Origin: Vulcanimicrobiota bacterium
GTDB taxonomy: Bacteria; Vulcanimicrobiota; Vulcanimicrobiia; Vulcanimicrobiales; Vulcanimicrobiaceae
Reading direction: 5' to 3'
Assembly: GCA_963795855.1 (NCBI GenBank)
Contig: CAWCIZ010000004.1
Span: forward strand, 1 to 64,000
Length of the DNA: 64,000 nucleotides
Within the stretch, counting starts at the first letter, position 1. Each line of letters opens with the position of its first letter. Shown here in pieces: positions 60,200 through 64,000 of the stretch. The position numbers and the translations under genes are program-made. The notes below the pieces were generated by a model that saw only the letters and a program-made list of their open reading frames with translations, had not been told where the DNA came from and did no database searches.

Positions 60200-61168
60200 T
60201 TGAAGAACTTCCGCCCGCTCATCGCCGCCGCGTGCGCAGCGGCCCTGTTGGCCGCCTGCTCGTCGAATTCGAGTTCGAAATCGTCTTCCGGCACCGCCGG
60301 CAGCCCTGCTTCGGGCCCCTCCGGCCCGGCGGCGAAAACGATCGGCGTTTCGATTCAAGACCTGGAAGCGCAGTTCTACCAGCAAATGGAAGCCGGCATG
60401 CAGTCGGAGGCCAAGAAGTACAACTACCGTCTCAGCTTCGTCGATGCCAACCGCGACAGTTCCAAACAGCAGTCGCAAGTGGAAGATTTCATCTCGAAGA
60501 GAGTCGACGCGATCGTGCTTACGCCGTACGACTCGCAAGCGATAGGCAGTGCAATCGCGGAAGCGAACCAAGCCAAGATTCCGGTCTTCACCGCCGACAT
60601 TGCGAACGCAAGCAAACAGGGCAAGGTCGTCGCTCACGTTGCTTCCGATAACGTGCAGGGCGGCGAGATGGCGGCCTCGCTGATGTGCAAAGCGATCGGC
60701 GGTTCGGGCGAGATTGCGATTCTCGACGAGCCGGAAGTCACGAGCGTGCAGGATCGCGTCAAAGGCTTCAAAGCCGGTATCGCGCAGAAGTGTCCGAACG
60801 CGAAGATCGTTGCGGAAGTGGATTCCGGCGGAACGCGCGACAAAGCGAACTCCGACATGAGCGACATTCTGCAGGCGCACAAGAATCTCAAAGGCGTCTT
60901 CGGCATCAACGACGACACGGCTTTGGGAGCGGCGACGGCGATTCGCGCGGCAGCCGTTTCCAACATTGCAGTCGTCGGATACGATGCGACGCCTGAAGCG
61001 CGCACCGCAATCAGAAACGGTCAGATGTACGGCGACGCGATTCAGTACCCCGAAAAAATCGGCGCGCTGACGATCGACGCGATCCATGACTATTTCAGCG
61101 GAAAGAAAGTGCCGGCGCGCATAGCCGTGCCGGTCGGCACGTTTACCAAGGCGGACGCGACCAAGTAG
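60200..61168 (+). CDS. sugar ABC transporter substrate-binding lipoprotein (RbsB-like)
   Basis: Lipobox LAAC; SDNVQGG; IND..ALGA; VVGYDA. Confidence 0.93.
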   Translation: MKNFRPLIAAACAAALLAACSSNSSSKSSSGTAGSPASGPSGPAAKTIGVSIQDLEAQFYQQMEAGMQSEAKKYNYRLSFVDANRDSSKQQSQVEDFISKRVDAIVLTPYDSQAIGSAIAEANQAKIPVFTADIANASKQGKVVAHVASDNVQGGEMAASLMCKAIGGSGEIAILDEPEVTSVQDRVKGFKAGIAQKCPNAKIVAEVDSGGTRDKANSDMSDILQAHKNLKGVFGINDDTALGAATAIRAAAVSNIAVVGYDATPEARTAIRNGQMYGDAIQYPEKIGALTIDAIHDYFSGKKVPARIAVPVGTFTKADATK

Positions 61169-62678
61169 TTGGAACGCTCCGGCACACCGCTGCTCGAAAT
61201 GCGCGACATCGGGAAAAGCTTTCCCGGTGTTCGCGCCCTTAACGGCGTCACGCTCGATTTGCGCGCGGGCGAAGTGCTCGCGCTCGTCGGTGAGAACGGC
61301 GCGGGCAAATCGACGCTGATGAAAATTTTGGCAGGTGCGCAACCCGCCGACCAGGGCGAGATTTTCGTGGACGGAAAGGCGGCCGGCGTTCTGCTCGCCG
61401 CGCAAAGCCGAAGAACTCGGCGTCGGCATGATCTATCAGGAATTCAACCTCGTTCCGACGCTGAATGCGATCGACAACATCGTGCTGGGTTACGAACCGT
61501 CGAGCGGACCGTTCATCAACGAACGGGCCGCGCGCGAACGGGCGACGGGCGTCTTCGCGGAACTCGGCATCACGCTGCCGCTGAACGTCGAGGCCGCGCA
61601 GCTCTCGGTCGCGCAGCAGCAGATGATCGAGATAGCCAAAGTGCTTTCGCGCCACGCTCGCATCATCGTGATGGACGAGCCGAGCGCCGCGCTCACCGAT
61701 CGCGAGATCGATCGCTTGTTCGCGATCATCAAAGCGCTCAAAGCCAAAGGCACCGGCATCATCTACATCTCCCACCGGCTCGAGGAATTGCCGCGAATCG
61801 CGGATCGCGTGACCGTGATGCGTGACGGCCGCGTCATCGAAACGCGGACGATTGGCGATTTCACGCCGGACGACATCGTGCGAGCGATGGTCGGGCGCCG
61901 CCTGGATGCGCATTTTCCGGACTTGCCGCCCGTTGCGCCGGAGGCGCCCGTCGCGCTTTGCGTGCGCGCGTTGTCCCGCCCGCCGCGCGTGAACGGCGTT
62001 TCGTTCGAGGTCCGCCGCGGCGAGATCGTGGGCCTCGCCGGCCTGGTTGGAGCGGGGCGAACCGAGATCGTTCGCGCGATCGCGGGTGCCGACACGCCGG
62101 CTTCAGGCGAGATCGAGATAGAAGGCAGCACCCTTCGCGCGCGCAATCCGCGTGACGGCATTTCCGCGGGCATCGCGTTCATCACCGAGGATCGCAAAGC
62201 GCAAGGCCTCGTTCTCGGCATGAGCGTGCGCGAAAACGTCACGCTCGCGCACCTCGGACAGTTCGTCAATCGCGAATTGCTGATCGACCAAAGCAAAGAG
62301 GAAGACGTCACCGACCAGTACATCGAGGAACTGCGCATACGCACGCCCAGCGCCGAACAAACCGTTAGAAATCTTTCGGGCGGAAACCAGCAAAAGGTCG
62401 TCCTGGCGAAATGGCTTCTGGGCAAAGCCAAAATCTTTCTTTTCGACGAGCCGACACGCGGCATCGACGTAGGCGCGAAAGCCGAAATTTACAACCTCAT
62501 GGTCAAACTCGTGCAGGGCGGCGCGGCAATCGTCATGGTGAGCAGCGAACTGCCCGAAGTGCTTGGCATGTCGCACCGCATCCTCGTGATTCGCGACGGC
62601 CGCATCGCGCGCGAACTCTCGCGCGCCGAAGCAACACCCGACGCGGTGATCGCCGCGGCCACCGGAGCAGCCGCATAA
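61169..62678 (+). CDS. sugar ABC transporter ATP-binding protein (RbsA-like; frameshift near 61380)
   Basis: [10 protein letters not shown] in ORF 61169; [14 protein letters not shown] and [12 protein letters not shown] in ORF 61335. Confidence 0.93.
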
Positions 62679-63730
62679 TGCAAGAAGCACGGGTTCAAGC
62701 CGAACTCACGCAAAACCTCAAGGAAGAAAAACAGAAGCAGACGCGCGCGTACTGGATTCGCGTCGGTGCGGCGATCGCGCTGCTCGTCGTCATCGCGCTC
62801 CTCGTCAACGTCGCTTCGAAAGGCTCGTTCCTCGAGCCGCGCAACATCATCAACGTCCTGCGCCAGATCACGTACGGCTGCATCCTGGCCGTCGGCGAAA
62901 CGTTCGTAATCATCACCGCAGGCATCGACCTCTCCGTCGGCTCGCTGGTTTCGCTCAGCGGCGTCGTTATGGCGATGTTCGCAAACTCGCTGCACGTCGG
63001 CGGTCTGCCGCTGGTCGTCGCAACGTTATGCATCGGTCTCGCGCTCGGCGCGGCAGCCGGTTTCGTCAACGCCGTCCCGGTCGTCAAACTGAATTTGCCG
63101 CCTTTCATCACGACGCTCGCGATGATGCTCATCGCCGAAGGGTTGTCGTTCAAACTTTCGCACGGGCGTCCCGTGCCGCTGAACAGCCCGGACTTTCAAA
63201 ATACCGGCATCGGTTTTTTCTTGGGCCAACTGTTTACCAGTTTGCATCTGCCGGGCTTGCCGAACCCCGTCATTTGGATGATCGTCATCGTGATCGGCTG
63301 TTCCGTGCTGCTCATGCGCACCAAGTTCGGGCGCTATGTCTTTGCGCTCGGCGGCAACGAGGAAGCCGCGCGACTAGCGGGCGTTAACGTCGCGCGAGTG
63401 AAAACGATGGTGTACGTCATCAGCGGCATGTGCGCGGCGGTAGCCGGCTTCTTGCTCATGGCGCTGTTTTCATCGGGATCTCCGCAGACCGGAACGGGCG
63501 ACGAAATGCTGGAAGCCATCGCCGCCGTCGTGGTCGGCGGCACGAGCCTGATGGGCGGCCGCGGCACGATTGTGGGTACGTTCTTCGGCGCACTGCTGAT
63601 CGGTATGCTCTATAACGTGATGAACCTCATCGGCATCGAATCCTACACGCAAAAGATCGTCCTCGGCGCGGTCATTCTGCTCGCGGTCGTGATCGACGAA
63701 CTGCGCAAGCGGTACCTGCGCAAGGCTTGA
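62678..63730 (+). CDS. sugar ABC transporter permease (RbsC-like)
   Basis: [39 protein letters not shown]. Confidence 0.95.
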   Translation: MQEARVQAELTQNLKEEKQKQTRAYWIRVGAAIALLVVIALLVNVASKGSFLEPRNIINVLRQITYGCILAVGETFVIITAGIDLSVGSLVSLSGVVMAMFANSLHVGGLPLVVATLCIGLALGAAAGFVNAVPVVKLNLPPFITTLAMMLIAEGLSFKLSHGRPVPLNSPDFQNTGIGFFLGQLFTSLHLPGLPNPVIWMIVIVIGCSVLLMRTKFGRYVFALGGNEEAARLAGVNVARVKTMVYVISGMCAAVAGFLLMALFSSGSPQTGTGDEMLEAIAAVVVGGTSLMGGRGTIVGTFFGALLIGMLYNVMNLIGIESYTQKIVLGAVILLAVVIDELRKRYLRKA

Positions 63731-63738
63731 GCCGGCAG

Positions 63739-64000
63739 ATGGCGACGCATGCCGGCGAAGCCCAGCCGCACGAGCCGGTTCGGGCGCGCCGCAATCGCAC
63801 GGAACCGCTCAGCGCGCTCTCGCTCGCCGCGCTCGGCGTGGTGTTCGGCGACATCGGCACGAGCCCGCTGTATGCGTTCCAGCAATGTTTCACCGGAGAG
63901 TTTCCGGCAGCGGTCACGCCGCACAACGTGCTGGGCATTCTCTCGCTGATATTTTGGGCGCTGATCATCGTGGTGTGTGTCAAATACGTCGGCTTTCTGC
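63739..64000 (+). CDS. kup: KUP/HAK/KT potassium transporter, 5' part
   Basis: [18 protein letters not shown]. Confidence 0.93.
   Translation, partial: MATHAGEAQPHEPVRARRNRTEPLSALSLAALGVVFGDIGTSPLYAFQQCFTGEFPAAVTPHNVLGILSLIFWALIIVVCVKYVGFL

Overview
Bases 1-56423 look like most of one large Tn7-like transposon inserted into the host comM (YifB/Mg-chelatase-like) gene. The core operon (4.6-10.3 kb) is tnsA (frameshifted), tnsB, tnsC and two tandem paralogous tniQ genes. No cas, CRISPR array, tnsE or tnsF is visible in the window. One transposon end (three TTTCTCA repeats plus terminal ...CTTACA at 56423) abuts comM at the ALVGGG motif; the other end must lie left of the window. Upstream of tnsA there is a divergent repressor-like/Xis-like gene pair, a highly structured leader and a leader peptide that overlaps the tnsA start. 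Cargo from 0-34 kb is defence-like: ThiF+DUF6527, a small alarmone synthetase, an HTH-ImmA/IrrE pair, TIR, an MmeI-like/YeeABC RM operon broken by an IS3, EVE, several nucleases and AbiE. Cargo from 34-56 kb is a mosaic of small accessory genes interspersed with 3' gene remnants. Bases 56.4-64 kb are ordinary host chromosome (comM 5' part, SigB/F-type sigma factor, Na+/solute symporter, sugar ABC transporter, kup). Many genes, host genes included, carry single frameshifts, so some pseudogenes and fusions may be long-read or assembly errors. All calls come from reading motifs by eye; no searches were run.
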